A DNA stretch of 64,000 bases from Acutalibacteraceae bacterium (GTDB lineage Bacteria; Bacillota; Clostridia; Oscillospirales; Acutalibacteraceae): contig JAZUAC010000062.1 of NCBI GenBank assembly GCA_045637775.1, positions 2,191 through 66,190 on the forward strand. The letters are read 5' to 3'. Below the pieces are notes generated by a model. It did not search any database, was not told where the DNA came from, and saw only the letters and a program-made list of their open reading frames with translations. The position numbers were made by a program, and so were the translations under genes. Positions 44,168-53,570 of the stretch are shown here, one piece after another (position 1 is the first letter of the stretch; each line of letters opens with the position of its first letter).

Positions 44168-45025
44168 TTACTTGTTGTAAACTCTAATCTGGGGAATGGG
44201 GCAGGCGGTGGCAACCTGGGCGGCATAAAGGGTTGCATCGGGGTGGTTGCGGAAAAGTGAGCAGGGAACGTGGCAGGTGATTTCACCGTGCAAAACCTTG
44301 CGCAAAGCGCCTGCATTCCAGTCACGGGGCATACACATAATAACCTTCTTTGCCTTGAACATTTCCTTCATACCAACGGTGATGCAATACTCGGGGATAG
44401 CCTCAAGGTCGGCACCGCAGTTCATAAATGCGTTGATGGTCTTGGTTTCACGGCTGATTTTGAGCACACGGGTAGGACGGTTCAAGAACTCCTCGTTGGT
44501 GCAATCCTCACCCGGCTCGGGCGGTTCGTTGAAGGCATAGTGTCCGTTGATACCAACGCCTCCAAAGACCAAATCAAGCTTGCCGTACTTTTCGATAATC
44601 TCCATAACCTGACCGGGATTCTTGGGGTCGGGGAAGATACGATTTTCGGGCAGAACGTTCAGTTCGTCATCGATGAGCGAATAGAAAACACGGTCCATAC
44701 CGCCACGGAATGAAAGCGGGTCGTTGTAATCAACATAATCGGTCTCGTTTTCGAGGTATTCATCCATGTTGATAAATACACAGTTTTTGAGCGAAATGCG
44801 GTACTTGTTTACAAGATGAACAAGACGGGCATAAGGGCCAAGAGGACCATAAGGTACAACTGCAACGGTGGGCTCGCCCTTTTTGTTGTTGGCTTCGATA
44901 ACCTCAAGAACATCAATCGCAACGCGCCAATACATATCAACCTCGGCTTCACAAACCTGAAGATTGATGGTTGTATTTTTGGCAAGGTCTTGAGGTTCGA
45001 TAAGATTGTAGAATTTTGTTTCCAT
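44168..45025 (-). CDS. nagB: Glucosamine-6-phosphate deaminase/isomerase family protein
   Basis: GGVGINGHYAFNEP motif and the NagB/lactonase fold pattern. Start ATG 45025 (METKFYN) after AAGGTGA. Confidence 0.8.
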   Translation of the reverse strand: METKFYNLIEPQDLAKNTTINLQVCEAEVDMYWRVAIDVLEVIEANNKKGEPTVAVVPYGPLGPYARLVHLVNKYRISLKNCVFINMDEYLENETDYVDYNDPLSFRGGMDRVFYSLIDDELNVLPENRIFPDPKNPGQVMEIIEKYGKLDLVFGGVGINGHYAFNEPPEPGEDCTNEEFLNRPTRVLKISRETKTINAFMNCGADLEAIPEYCITVGMKEMFKAKKVIMCMPRDWNAGALRKVLHGEITCHVPCSLFRNHPDATLYAAQVATACPIPQIRVYNK

Positions 45026-45037
45026 TTTTATCACCTT

Positions 45038-46744
45038 TCAAATATTGTTTTTTATCATATCGTTTAAAGTTTCGCGGAAGCACATAAACTTTTCTTCTGA
45101 CACGGCGTCGGTGTGGAAATCCACATCACCGTAATGCTCTTTCAAGAAATCCAATGTAGCGGTGCGACCTATCAAACTTTCGAGCAACTTTAAGGCACGC
45201 ATATCGTTCAAGCCGTCATAAAATACCTTTTGACGAATTGATTGTATGCAGTCGCCGTTGGTGGCGGGGTAGACCATAAATGCCGTGGCAGGGTTGGCAC
45301 CGTTATAGTGACAAGGCTCGGTCTTGGGGTCAAACAGACCGTAGCTCAACATATCATAATAGTAATTGTAACCCCAATGTAAAAAGCCTTTTACATTATA
45401 GGAATAAAGGCTTAAGCCCAGCATTCGGTTGCGTTCGGGTGAACAGTTGAGCTTGCGGTTGCTCATACCGTCCACACATTGAGCACCCGTGTAGTAGCCC
45501 CAAAGGTTTTTGGCCCTGCCCTTAAAATCATGAATGAAATCGGTTGCAACAATAGGTGTTTGAACCGTGCCATCCTCATAAAACTCATAGTGTGACAACG
45601 CGTCACCACGCATATAACCTTGGAGCAGGTCACGGACGATGTTGGTGGCCTTTTGGTAGTCGGTTTTCATTCTCGGGAACGGCTCGTCGGAAATGTGGAA
45701 CAGAAAGTTCTTGTCAATCTTCAAATCTTTTAAGAATTTCAGCAGTTCGGTGATGTAGGCACGCAAAAATGTGGCATACTTTTTAGCGCTCGCCTTTGTG
45801 TCCCAACCGAAGATACGCTTGTATTTTCCGTTAACGGTTGCCATTACCTTGGGGGCGTTTTTAGCACCCCATTGGGTAAAGAAATGCGAATGTTCAAAAT
45901 ATTTTATACCGCATTTTTTGGCTTCTTCTATAAAGCGTTTGAGCAGCGTGAAATCGAACTTATACTGTCCGTCAACCACTTGGACACCAACCAGCTGTGC
46001 CGTCATACGCTCACCGCCAATCGGTGTGTCCAAAGGTGGCGTGAAGCAGGGGGTCAGTATCATGTTCATACCGTTTTTGGCGGCGGTGGTGGCAAATTTG
46101 CGGAAAATCTCCCAAAAACGCTCCGAGAACATTTCCACGCCATAGGTGTCACAAAGACAATCGCAATGGAACCAATTGGTGTAGATGAGTTTCTGCTTTG
46201 GCAATTTTGCGTCAACTACCTCAACCGTCAACTCACATTCGCCCACAACGTTATTGGTGCTTCGGGATAACAACTGCAGTTTGATGCTGTGTTGACCTGC
46301 AGGTACGGTCTTTTCATTTTCGTTGACCGTAAGCCAAATAGCCTTCCAACTGTCACGCACGGCGTGAAGTTGAATATTGTCACCGTCAAAATGCACCTTA
46401 CTCCACGGGTTGCCACCGTTTTTTAACTTGGGGTTGACCGTTTTGGGCAAAAGCATATCGTAAAAAACACCTGCACGGAATTTGTCTTCCAATTTCAATT
46501 CCGATGTCTGCAGAACGGGTACGGCACCTTCACTATAAAGCGAAATAGGTAGGTCGCTTTCAATTTTAAGGTTAAAGGGGATAGAAATTGTTTCCTCTGC
46601 AGTCACTTTAAAAGCCACTTGGAACGACAACGGCTCGTTTTTCATACACGAAAAACTGTGCTTTTCAGCCATGGTTGGATCAACCTCGGGCAAGACCCTG
46701 TGCAGGGCACTCAACACGACCGTTTTGATTGGATATTCGGGCAT
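45038..46744 (-). CDS. DUF4091 (GH123-like) putative beta-N-acetylhexosaminidase
   Basis: About 568 aa. The family call comes from the overall pattern (NWFHCDC...MILTPCFTPPLD...YFEHSHFFTQWGA) and the nagA/nagB context. Not verified by HMM. Confidence 0.6.
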   Translation of the reverse strand: MPEYPIKTVVLSALHRVLPEVDPTMAEKHSFSCMKNEPLSFQVAFKVTAEETISIPFNLKIESDLPISLYSEGAVPVLQTSELKLEDKFRAGVFYDMLLPKTVNPKLKNGGNPWSKVHFDGDNIQLHAVRDSWKAIWLTVNENEKTVPAGQHSIKLQLLSRSTNNVVGECELTVEVVDAKLPKQKLIYTNWFHCDCLCDTYGVEMFSERFWEIFRKFATTAAKNGMNMILTPCFTPPLDTPIGGERMTAQLVGVQVVDGQYKFDFTLLKRFIEEAKKCGIKYFEHSHFFTQWGAKNAPKVMATVNGKYKRIFGWDTKASAKKYATFLRAYITELLKFLKDLKIDKNFLFHISDEPFPRMKTDYQKATNIVRDLLQGYMRGDALSHYEFYEDGTVQTPIVATDFIHDFKGRAKNLWGYYTGAQCVDGMSNRKLNCSPERNRMLGLSLYSYNVKGFLHWGYNYYYDMLSYGLFDPKTEPCHYNGANPATAFMVYPATNGDCIQSIRQKVFYDGLNDMRALKLLESLIGRTATLDFLKEHYGDVDFHTDAVSEEKFMCFRETLNDMIKNNI

Positions 46745-46923
46745 AAAGACGCTCCCTTCCAACTTAAATATCATATTCATTATACAGAAAAATTTAGGTC
46801 GAGTAAAGGTCGAAAGTTGCTAAAAAATAGGACAATATTGCTATTGACAAAGGTTTGTTGGCGGTTTATTATATTAAATAAAGTTGTGCGATAGCACAAG
46901 ATAAGGAGTGGCGATGAGGAACT

Positions 46924-47742
46924 ATGCCGCATTATAATTACACCACCCAGCGTGTGTCGGATGAATATATAACCCTCAACAACTGCGGCGAGCAGTATCT
47001 CGGAAACCGCGATTACGATACTGTTCGTGAACACGGTAGGGTGGATTTTGGCATACAGTTTATTGAATCAGGCAAATGCACTTTTGAGGACAACGGGGTT
47101 GTCAGAACGGCCGAGGCAGGGAGTCTTTTGTTGCATTTCCCAAACGTTCGGCAACATTATTCCTTTAAAAAAGAGGATGGAACACACCTGATGTGGGCAC
47201 ACTTTTCAGGCACTTCATGCTCAATGCTCGATTCTCTTTATACCGGTGAGACAGTCTGTGTAAAACTGACCGACCCAAAGGATTTCAAGCGTGTATTTGA
47301 CCGAATGATTGCCGCCAATAATGTTCGCCGTGCCAACTATAAAACGGTTTGCGGCGGTTATGTGACCGTTTTGCTGGGGTTGATACTTCGCAGTGTTGCC
47401 GAACAAAACGAAAAGGCCGAGGGTCATGGCTATGAAAGACTTATCACGGTTATAAACTATATGAACAGCAATTTTGAGCAACCCATAGACCTCGAAAAAT
47501 ATGCCGATATGTGCTATGTCAGTCGAAGCCGATTTATACATATGTTTAAAGAACACACAGGCTTTTCACCATACAATTTTCAGCTGAAAATACGCATGGA
47601 GCGTGCAGTTGAAATGCTTGAATACACCTCTTTAAGCGTTGATGAAATTGCCGAAATGGTAGGGTATTCCGATTGTTCATATTTTTGCCGTGTGTTCAAA
47701 AAAAATACAGGGCACACACCCTTGTTTTACCGAAAAAAATAG
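46924..47742 (+). CDS. AraC family transcriptional regulator
   Basis: C-terminal IDLEKYADMCYVSRSRFIHMFKEHTG...HTPLFYRK. Divergent from the nag operon. Confidence 0.9.
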   Translation: MPHYNYTTQRVSDEYITLNNCGEQYLGNRDYDTVREHGRVDFGIQFIESGKCTFEDNGVVRTAEAGSLLLHFPNVRQHYSFKKEDGTHLMWAHFSGTSCSMLDSLYTGETVCVKLTDPKDFKRVFDRMIAANNVRRANYKTVCGGYVTVLLGLILRSVAEQNEKAEGHGYERLITVINYMNSNFEQPIDLEKYADMCYVSRSRFIHMFKEHTGFSPYNFQLKIRMERAVEMLEYTSLSVDEIAEMVGYSDCSYFCRVFKKNTGHTPLFYRKK

Positions 47743-47770
47743 CCTTGGACTCACGGGTCCAAGGCTTTTG
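47741..47770. terminator. Bidirectional terminator overlapping the 3' end of the convergent gene
   Basis: AGCCTTGGAC-tcacgg-GTCCAAGGCT, a perfect 10-bp stem with an A-run before and TTTTG after. Confidence 0.65.
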
Positions 47771-48473
47771 TGTCGTCAGATTCTATTTCAGTTTGTTCGG
47801 TTTGGGGTTCGTTCTTTTTATTCTTTTGGTGACGCACATATGCGTAAAATACCGTGCTGAAAAACACAACTGAAGCACCCGAAAAAATAATCCAAGGTAT
47901 GCAAGACGAGATTGTTTCACCGTACTCCTTTATTTGTTGGTTGGCTTCAAAATTAGCGTTTCTATAGGCTTCCATTTCAGCAAAGCTTTCCTGCCTTTTT
48001 GCATCATCACCGTTTTCACGGGCAGTCTGCCATTCGACCATTGCCATGTTATAGAGAACATTTCTTTCTTTATAGTGCGGGTCGTTTTTTATGTTCTTTC
48101 TCGAAAAGGCTGAATAAATACAAACACCGCCTAAAATAAGTCCTATCAATAATGACAAAGCTACAAGTGAGGCAATTATCTTACGCCACAAATTTTGCGT
48201 TATAACACGCACCTTCAAGTTGTGATAGGCAAATCTTATTCGCCAAAACATCGGTAACGGTTCACCGTCTATAGCGTCGGCATCCTCATAACGGCGAATA
48301 GTGGTCTGTACCATAAAATATCCTATAAGCAAAACAGGACAGGCGCCGAAGAACCACACAATAGCGGCATCAACACCGTAATACATCATCACCATTGTGA
48401 CCAGCATAACGGCAACGGCAATACCAACAATAATAAGTCCTGCAATATACCAAGGGCTTTTTCTGTATCTCAT
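47751..48473 (-). CDS. Integral membrane protein, unknown function
   Basis: 240 aa with four predicted TM helices and a charged loop with a coiled-coil-like segment. No motif recognised. Confidence 0.6.
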   Translation of the reverse strand: MRYRKSPWYIAGLIIVGIAVAVMLVTMVMMYYGVDAAIVWFFGACPVLLIGYFMVQTTIRRYEDADAIDGEPLPMFWRIRFAYHNLKVRVITQNLWRKIIASLVALSLLIGLILGGVCIYSAFSRKNIKNDPHYKERNVLYNMAMVEWQTARENGDDAKRQESFAEMEAYRNANFEANQQIKEYGETISSCIPWIIFSGASVVFFSTVFYAYVRHQKNKKNEPQTEQTEIESDDTKALDP

Positions 48474-48593
48474 ACTGACTCCAAAAAGGTTTTGTTTTTA
48501 GATATTGTACCATAGGGAGTGGAAAAATCAAAGTGATTTTTGAATATTTACAAAACTTTAATAAAAAAGTTCAGTTTAAAGTGAAAAAATATG

Positions 48594-48622
48594 TTGTATA
48601 AAGAACAAAAGTTTGGTACAAT
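48594..48622 (+). promoter_or_regulatory. Sigma-A promoter TTGTAT-17-TACAAT (TGG extended -10)
   Basis: -35 at 48594-48599, TGGTACAAT at 48614-48622. Confidence 0.5.
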
Positions 48623-48708
48623 AAAGATAAATATAAATATAGTTAAAAGGAGAACTGTGCACTTTTTTGAGTTTGATTTGAGCGCAGTTCAAGATTTGGG
48701 AGGATTTT

Positions 48709-49374
48709 ATGAACAGTGTTACAATTAAAGAACTCTATTCCTTGGATAAGACTATTGCCGCAGGTGTTTTTGAGGGCTTGACCTACCCGTGGGAGGCTTT
48801 GTCCAAAATAAAAAGTTTTATTTTGGAATTGGGTGCGACCCTTGACCCCGAAAGGTACGAAAAGCGCGGTGAGGATATTTGGGTAGCCAAAAGCGCCAAG
48901 GTTTTCCCCAGTGCTTATATAGCAGGACCCTGCATCATAGATGAAGAGGCTGAGGTTCGCCACTGTGCGTTTATCAGAGGCAGTGTTATCATCGGTAAAG
49001 GCTCGGTTGTCGGTAATTCGACCGAAATGAAAAATGCGATAATTTTTGATAACGTTCAGGTTCCGCATTATAACTATGTCGGTGATTCTATTCTTGGCTA
49101 TCGTTCACACATGGGTGCAGGCTCTATCACCTCTAACGTAAAATCTGACAAGACACTGGTTAAGGTAACGGTTGGAGATGAGCGCATTGAAACAGGCCTC
49201 AAGAAATTTGGTGCAATGCTGGGTGATTTTGTTGAGGTCGGCTGCGGTAGCGTGTTAAATCCCGGTACGGTTATCGGTAAAAACAGCAATATCTATCCTC
49301 TTTCCTCGGTAAGAGGTGCTATTCCTGCAAATTCCATCTATAAAAAACAAGGTGAAGTTGTTACTAAAAGGTAA
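48709..49374 (+). CDS. Left-handed beta-helix (hexapeptide repeat) protein, GlmU C-terminal-like
   Basis: Repeated [LIV]-G-x4 hexapeptides (IIGKGSVVGNSTEMKNAIIFDNVQV...VGDSILGYRSHMGAGS...VEVGCGSVLNPGTVIGKNS). Confidence 0.7.
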   Translation: MNSVTIKELYSLDKTIAAGVFEGLTYPWEALSKIKSFILELGATLDPERYEKRGEDIWVAKSAKVFPSAYIAGPCIIDEEAEVRHCAFIRGSVIIGKGSVVGNSTEMKNAIIFDNVQVPHYNYVGDSILGYRSHMGAGSITSNVKSDKTLVKVTVGDERIETGLKKFGAMLGDFVEVGCGSVLNPGTVIGKNSNIYPLSSVRGAIPANSIYKKQGEVVTKR

Positions 49375-49392
49375 TGCGTGAGGGTTCGTTGG

Positions 49393-49944
49393 ATGGAAGT
49401 GTGGGATATACTTGATAAAAACGGCGTTCCAACCGGAAAAACGGTGGAACGCAAGCGTGTTTGTCTCGGCAAGGGCGAATATCACCTTGTGGTGCATATT
49501 TGGATATTGGGTAATGACGGTCGTGTACTTATCCAGCGCCGCAGCTTTGATAAACCGTTGATGCCGGGCGAATGGGCGGCGATAGGCGGAAGTGCACTTT
49601 CGGGCGAGTCGGCTGTAGCCGCAGCAAGACGTGAGCTTTCGGAAGAAATGGGCATTGAGGCCGAGGAAACCGACCTTAAACCTATCAAAAACATGGTTCG
49701 CAAGAACTCTATACTTAATATTTTCATGGTGTGCAGAACAATGCCTGTTGCCGACCTTACCTTGCAGGAGGAAGAGGTCAGCGAGGCTAAATGGGTACAC
49801 CGAAACAAGCTTCGCCAGATGATAAAGAACGGCGAATTTCATAACTACGGCAAGGAGTATTTCGATGCGGTCTTCGGAGCGTTCGACAAGAAGTCTGCCA
49901 TAAGACGGAGAAAGAGACGATATGAGTCACGAAACAGAAAATAA
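49393..49944 (+). CDS. NUDIX hydrolase
   Basis: Nudix box GGSALSGESAVAAARRELSEEMGIE. Start ATG 49393 (MEVWDILD) after GAGGG. Confidence 0.85.
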   Translation: MEVWDILDKNGVPTGKTVERKRVCLGKGEYHLVVHIWILGNDGRVLIQRRSFDKPLMPGEWAAIGGSALSGESAVAAARRELSEEMGIEAEETDLKPIKNMVRKNSILNIFMVCRTMPVADLTLQEEEVSEAKWVHRNKLRQMIKNGEFHNYGKEYFDAVFGAFDKKSAIRRRKRRYESRNRK

Positions 49945-50893
49945 ACAGTGTCAGATTTGTAAGGGCTATCTTTTCGAGGATGACGACATTGTAATATGCC
50001 CCCAATGTGGAGCACCTCATCACAGAGACTGTTGGCAGACAACGGGTCGCTGCGGTGTTGAGTCCGATCACGGAACCGACCGCCAGTACGACAAGGTTCA
50101 GGCGGCAAAAAAAGAAGAAGAGAGTTCTGACGGAGAGGAAAGAACCTGCCCGCATTGCAAGAGAATATCAAAATCGCATGAAGGCGATTTTTGTCCCTAC
50201 TGCGGTCAAGCTTATAACGGTACAGGTAACCGCCAAAATCGTCAATACGGTGATCCCATGGGAGCGGGCCCTGTTTTTATGGGCGGCATGCCGTTCAACC
50301 CTAATTCATATGGTGGAATCCCCAAGGATTCCAAGATAGAAGATGTGAAGGTTGAGCATATTGCAAAATTTGTCGGAAGTAATGCCCACCGTTATGTTCC
50401 GAGGTTTGCTACACTTAATAAGCACAACAAGGGCTCGTGGAACTGGGCAGCATTCCTGTCACCCGCGGCATGGTGTTTTTCGAGAAAATTGTATGTTCAA
50501 GGCATTTTGTATGCCATAATAATGATTGCGGGCTCGCTTTGCGGAGTGCCGTTTTATCAGACCCTCAACGCAATGGAGACCGACGGAATGACCACCATGC
50601 AGGTCTATCAAATGGTGGCCCAAAACATCGGTCAGTTTGGTTGGCTCGAGTTGGGAATGCTGGGACTTGGAGCAGTGCTGAATCTCGTGCCCAGAATAAT
50701 CTGCGGAAGATTAGCCGACTGGAATTACAGGACCTTTACCCTCGAAAATGTCAGAAAAATTGTTGCTGACCCCGAGGTTGAGGATGTTGACGAGGCTCTT
50801 ATGCGCTCGGGCAACCTCAATTTCCTGGCAATGTTTATTGCACTTTTGGCAGTAGAGAATATACCGACTATAATAGCAAGCTTTATCATTTAA
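49922..50893 (+). CDS. Zinc-ribbon / DUF2628-like membrane protein
   Basis: N-terminal CQIC...CPQCGAPHHRDCW and CPHC...CPYCG zinc-ribbon pairs. The C-terminal TM region with WNWAAFL...W.FSRKLY is DUF2628-like. Confidence 0.6.
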   Translation: MSHETENKQCQICKGYLFEDDDIVICPQCGAPHHRDCWQTTGRCGVESDHGTDRQYDKVQAAKKEEESSDGEERTCPHCKRISKSHEGDFCPYCGQAYNGTGNRQNRQYGDPMGAGPVFMGGMPFNPNSYGGIPKDSKIEDVKVEHIAKFVGSNAHRYVPRFATLNKHNKGSWNWAAFLSPAAWCFSRKLYVQGILYAIIMIAGSLCGVPFYQTLNAMETDGMTTMQVYQMVAQNIGQFGWLELGMLGLGAVLNLVPRIICGRLADWNYRTFTLENVRKIVADPEVEDVDEALMRSGNLNFLAMFIALLAVENIPTIIASFII

Positions 50894-50918
50894 GTATTTG
50901 TTTAAGGAGAATAAGCAT

Positions 50919-51791
50919 ATGATTCGTAAAGCTATTATCCCCGCCGCCGGACTCGGCACTCGCGTTTTGCCTGCCTCAAAGGCAGTCCCCAAGGAAATGC
51001 TTCCCATTGTTGACAAGCCGGCTATCCAGTACATAGTTGAAGAAGCGGTCGATGCAGGTATTACCGATATTCTTATTATCACCAACCGCGGCAAAGGCGT
51101 TATTGAAGACCATTTTGACCATTCGTTTGAATTGGAACGCTTGCTTGAGGAACGCGGTGGCAAAGAGGATGTTTTGTCCGAACTGAAATCGGTTGCCAAA
51201 ATGGCCAACATCTATTTTATCCGTCAGAAGGAAGCCAAGGGCTTGGGCCACGCTGTTTTGTGTGCTAAGAGCTTTGTTAAGGATGAGCCGTTTGCCGTTA
51301 TGTACGGTGACGATGTTATCATAAACGAAAAAGACCCCGTTGTCGGTCAGGTTATGCGCGCTTATGAAAAGCATGGAAAATGTGCCGTCGGCATTAAAGA
51401 GGTCACTCCCGAGCAGATTGTAAAGTATAGCTCGATGAAGGTTCAGAATATCGAGGACAATGTTTATTACATTGACGATATGATAGAAAAACCGCCGCTT
51501 GATAAGATATTCTCAATGTATTCGATTTTGGGTCGCTGTGTGCTCACTCCCGATATTTTCGATGTGCTTGAGACTATTCCCAACGGTGCAGGCGGTGAAT
51601 TGCAGTTGACCGATGCCATGGCCGAAATTGCCCGTCGCGACGGTATGGTTGGTGTTGATTTTGACGGAATCCGTTACGACATGGGAAATAAATTCGGCAT
51701 TTTGAAGGCCAATATCGAGGTCGGTCTTAGACACCCCGATGTTAAAGATGAATTGAGAGAGTTCATCAAGCAAATAGCGTCTGAAATTTAA
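50919..51791 (+). CDS. galU: UTP-glucose-1-phosphate uridylyltransferase
   Basis: MIRKAIIPAAGLGTRVLPASKAVPKEMLPIVDKPAIQYIVEE is the canonical GalU N-terminus. Confidence 0.92.
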   Translation: MIRKAIIPAAGLGTRVLPASKAVPKEMLPIVDKPAIQYIVEEAVDAGITDILIITNRGKGVIEDHFDHSFELERLLEERGGKEDVLSELKSVAKMANIYFIRQKEAKGLGHAVLCAKSFVKDEPFAVMYGDDVIINEKDPVVGQVMRAYEKHGKCAVGIKEVTPEQIVKYSSMKVQNIEDNVYYIDDMIEKPPLDKIFSMYSILGRCVLTPDIFDVLETIPNGAGGELQLTDAMAEIARRDGMVGVDFDGIRYDMGNKFGILKANIEVGLRHPDVKDELREFIKQIASEI

Positions 51792-51809
51792 GATTTTAGG
51801 TGAAAAAAT

Positions 51810-52406
51810 ATGTCAAAAATATCATTAAGCCAAAAACAAATGTTGGTTTACGGTTTTTTGAAAAAAACAATGGGCAACTCCATTCCGCCAACCGTGCGTG
51901 AGATATGTGAGGCAACGGGTATCCGTTCAACCTCAACGGTGCACGCGGCTTTGTCGGCTTTGGAGGAAAACGGTTATATCGTGCGTGATGCCAAGTCGTC
52001 TCGCAGTATCCGCCTTACGGGCACTGCCGAAACCTCAATGGTGCCGCTTGTGGGCAAGGTCACGGCAGGTCAGCCTATTTTGGCGGTTGAGGAGATAGAA
52101 GGGTATATTCCTTATCCCATTTCATCCGAACGGTCGGAAAGTCTGTTTGCACTTCGCGTTTCGGGACTCAGTATGCGTGATGCAGGCATTCTTGACGGTG
52201 ACATTATCATTGCTGATAAAGATTTGTCGAGCAAAAACGGTGATATTGTTGTAGCATTGATCGAGGATGAGGCTACCGTTAAGCGCCTTGTGTCTGAAAA
52301 CGGTAAAAAGCCGTACCTCTTGCCCGAAAATCCCGATTTTGACCCCATTTACCCCGAGTATATGGAGATACTCGGCAGGGTTGTGGGAAGTTATAGAAAG
52401 TATTAA
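51810..52406 (+). CDS. lexA: LexA repressor
   Basis: N-terminal winged HTH, VPLVGKVTAGQPILA cleavage-site region, and the S24 peptidase Ser...Lys pair (GLSMRDAGI...VKRL). Confidence 0.93.
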   Translation: MSKISLSQKQMLVYGFLKKTMGNSIPPTVREICEATGIRSTSTVHAALSALEENGYIVRDAKSSRSIRLTGTAETSMVPLVGKVTAGQPILAVEEIEGYIPYPISSERSESLFALRVSGLSMRDAGILDGDIIIADKDLSSKNGDIVVALIEDEATVKRLVSENGKKPYLLPENPDFDPIYPEYMEILGRVVGSYRKY

Positions 52407-52419
52407 AAAGTATTGAACT

Positions 52420-52863
52420 ATGAAAAAGGTTTATATTTTTACCGATGGTGCGTGTTCGGGTAATCCCGGTCCCGGTGGTTGGGGTGCCGTTTTGAGGTAT
52501 AACTCGGTTGAAAAAGAGCTTTCGGGTTCCGACCAAAACACCACCAACAACCGAATGGAACTTACCGCCTGTATTGAGGCTTTGAAGCTTTTGAAAGAAC
52601 CGTGCGAGGTGGTGCTGACGACCGATTCGCAGTATGTTGTCAACGGCATTACAAAGGGTTGGGCGGCATCGTGGAAACAGAACGGTTGGCGCAAGGGCGA
52701 TAAAAAGCCTGCACTTAACCCCGAGCTTTGGGACGAATTGCTCGACCTTTGCGAAAAGCATAAGGTTACTTTTGAATGGATAAAAGGTCACGCAGGACAC
52801 GAGGAAAATGAGCGTTGCGACCGCCTTGCCGTCGAGGAGTATCAAAAGTATATCAAAAAGTAA
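52420..52863 (+). CDS. rnhA: Ribonuclease HI
   Basis: [17 protein letters not shown]...TNNRMEL...TDSQYV...[18 protein letters not shown], the DEDD catalytic pattern. Confidence 0.92.
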   Translation: MKKVYIFTDGACSGNPGPGGWGAVLRYNSVEKELSGSDQNTTNNRMELTACIEALKLLKEPCEVVLTTDSQYVVNGITKGWAASWKQNGWRKGDKKPALNPELWDELLDLCEKHKVTFEWIKGHAGHEENERCDRLAVEEYQKYIKK

Positions 52864-52960
52864 TACTAATATATGTTAATTTTTTTACTTCCTGTTTGTA
52901 ATCATTCAGACGCGAGGTAAGAATTATATAAAACGAGAATCTTAATTACGCGAATTTCGT

Positions 52961-53020
52961 GTCGAGGTTCTCGACCGGTCAGTTCGCAAAATCCTGACCT
53001 AAAATAAAACTACGGAGGAA
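52961..53020 (+). promoter_or_regulatory. Candidate preQ1-I riboswitch (translational) upstream of queT
   Basis: P1 is GGUCAG/CUGACC (52977-52999) with loop UUCGCAAAAUC, which contains the UCGCA of the T. tengcongensis aptamer and a C just 5' of the P1 3' strand. An A-rich tail UAAAAUAAAA follows, then CUA and the SD GGAGG. A second small hairpin lies at 52961-52975. Confidence 0.5.
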
Positions 53021-53026
53021 TTTAAT

Positions 53027-53554
53027 ATGTCTAAATCACAAACGCTGTCGCGCTATATCGTGACAGCGGCACTTATTGCTGCTGCCTATGCGGCATTGAC
53101 CTATGTCTCGGCTTTTTTGGGGCTTGCCTACGGTGGCATTCAGTTCCGATTGTCTGAGGCTTTGAACATTTTAGCCGCATTCACCCCTGCCGCGATTCCC
53201 GGACTTATGATAGGCTGCGTTATTGGCAACATCGGAAGTCCGTTCGGCTTGGTTGACATCGTTGTCGGCACGGTTGCAACGGGTCTTGCCGCGGTTTTGA
53301 TAAGACTTATGGCAAAATGCTGCGGTAAATTAACACCCTATCTCGGGATTTTACCACCGACATTGTTTAATGCGGTGCTTGTCGGTCTTGAGATAACCTG
53401 GTTTTTGCCAGAAGGGGTTACATGGGCAGGCTTTTTGCTTGTGGCAGTCGAGGTAGCAATAGGTGAGATTGCCGTTTGCGGTGCTTTGGGCGTGCCGCTT
53501 TATTTCACGGCAAAAAAACATATGAAAAAACTATTCAAAGCAGAATTGAGATAG
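53027..53554 (+). CDS. queT: Queuosine-precursor transporter QueT (ECF S-component-like)
   Basis: 175 aa with 5-6 TM helices. YVSAFLGLAYGGIQFRLSEALNILAAF is typical of the QueT family. Confidence 0.75.
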   Translation: MSKSQTLSRYIVTAALIAAAYAALTYVSAFLGLAYGGIQFRLSEALNILAAFTPAAIPGLMIGCVIGNIGSPFGLVDIVVGTVATGLAAVLIRLMAKCCGKLTPYLGILPPTLFNAVLVGLEITWFLPEGVTWAGFLLVAVEVAIGEIAVCGALGVPLYFTAKKHMKKLFKAELR

Positions 53555-53570
53555 AAAAGAGGTGCTTTCC

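Noticed and set aside
42985-44325. 446-aa version of nagA with a Pro-rich N-terminus; similar long N-terminal extensions in the ORF track (15862..16767, 20332..20862, 34929..36062, 11536..12696, 59677..61080)
   Set aside because: The extensions overlap upstream genes or intergenic repeats and lack an RBS. Internal ATG/GTG codons with good Shine-Dalgarno sequences give family-typical N-termini.
51700-51810. LexA (Cheo) box CGAAC-N4-GTTCG upstream of lexA
   Set aside because: No GAAC-N4-GTTC motif occurs in the 18-nt gap or the galU 3' end, so autoregulation cannot be supported from this sequence. lexA may be co-transcribed with galU.
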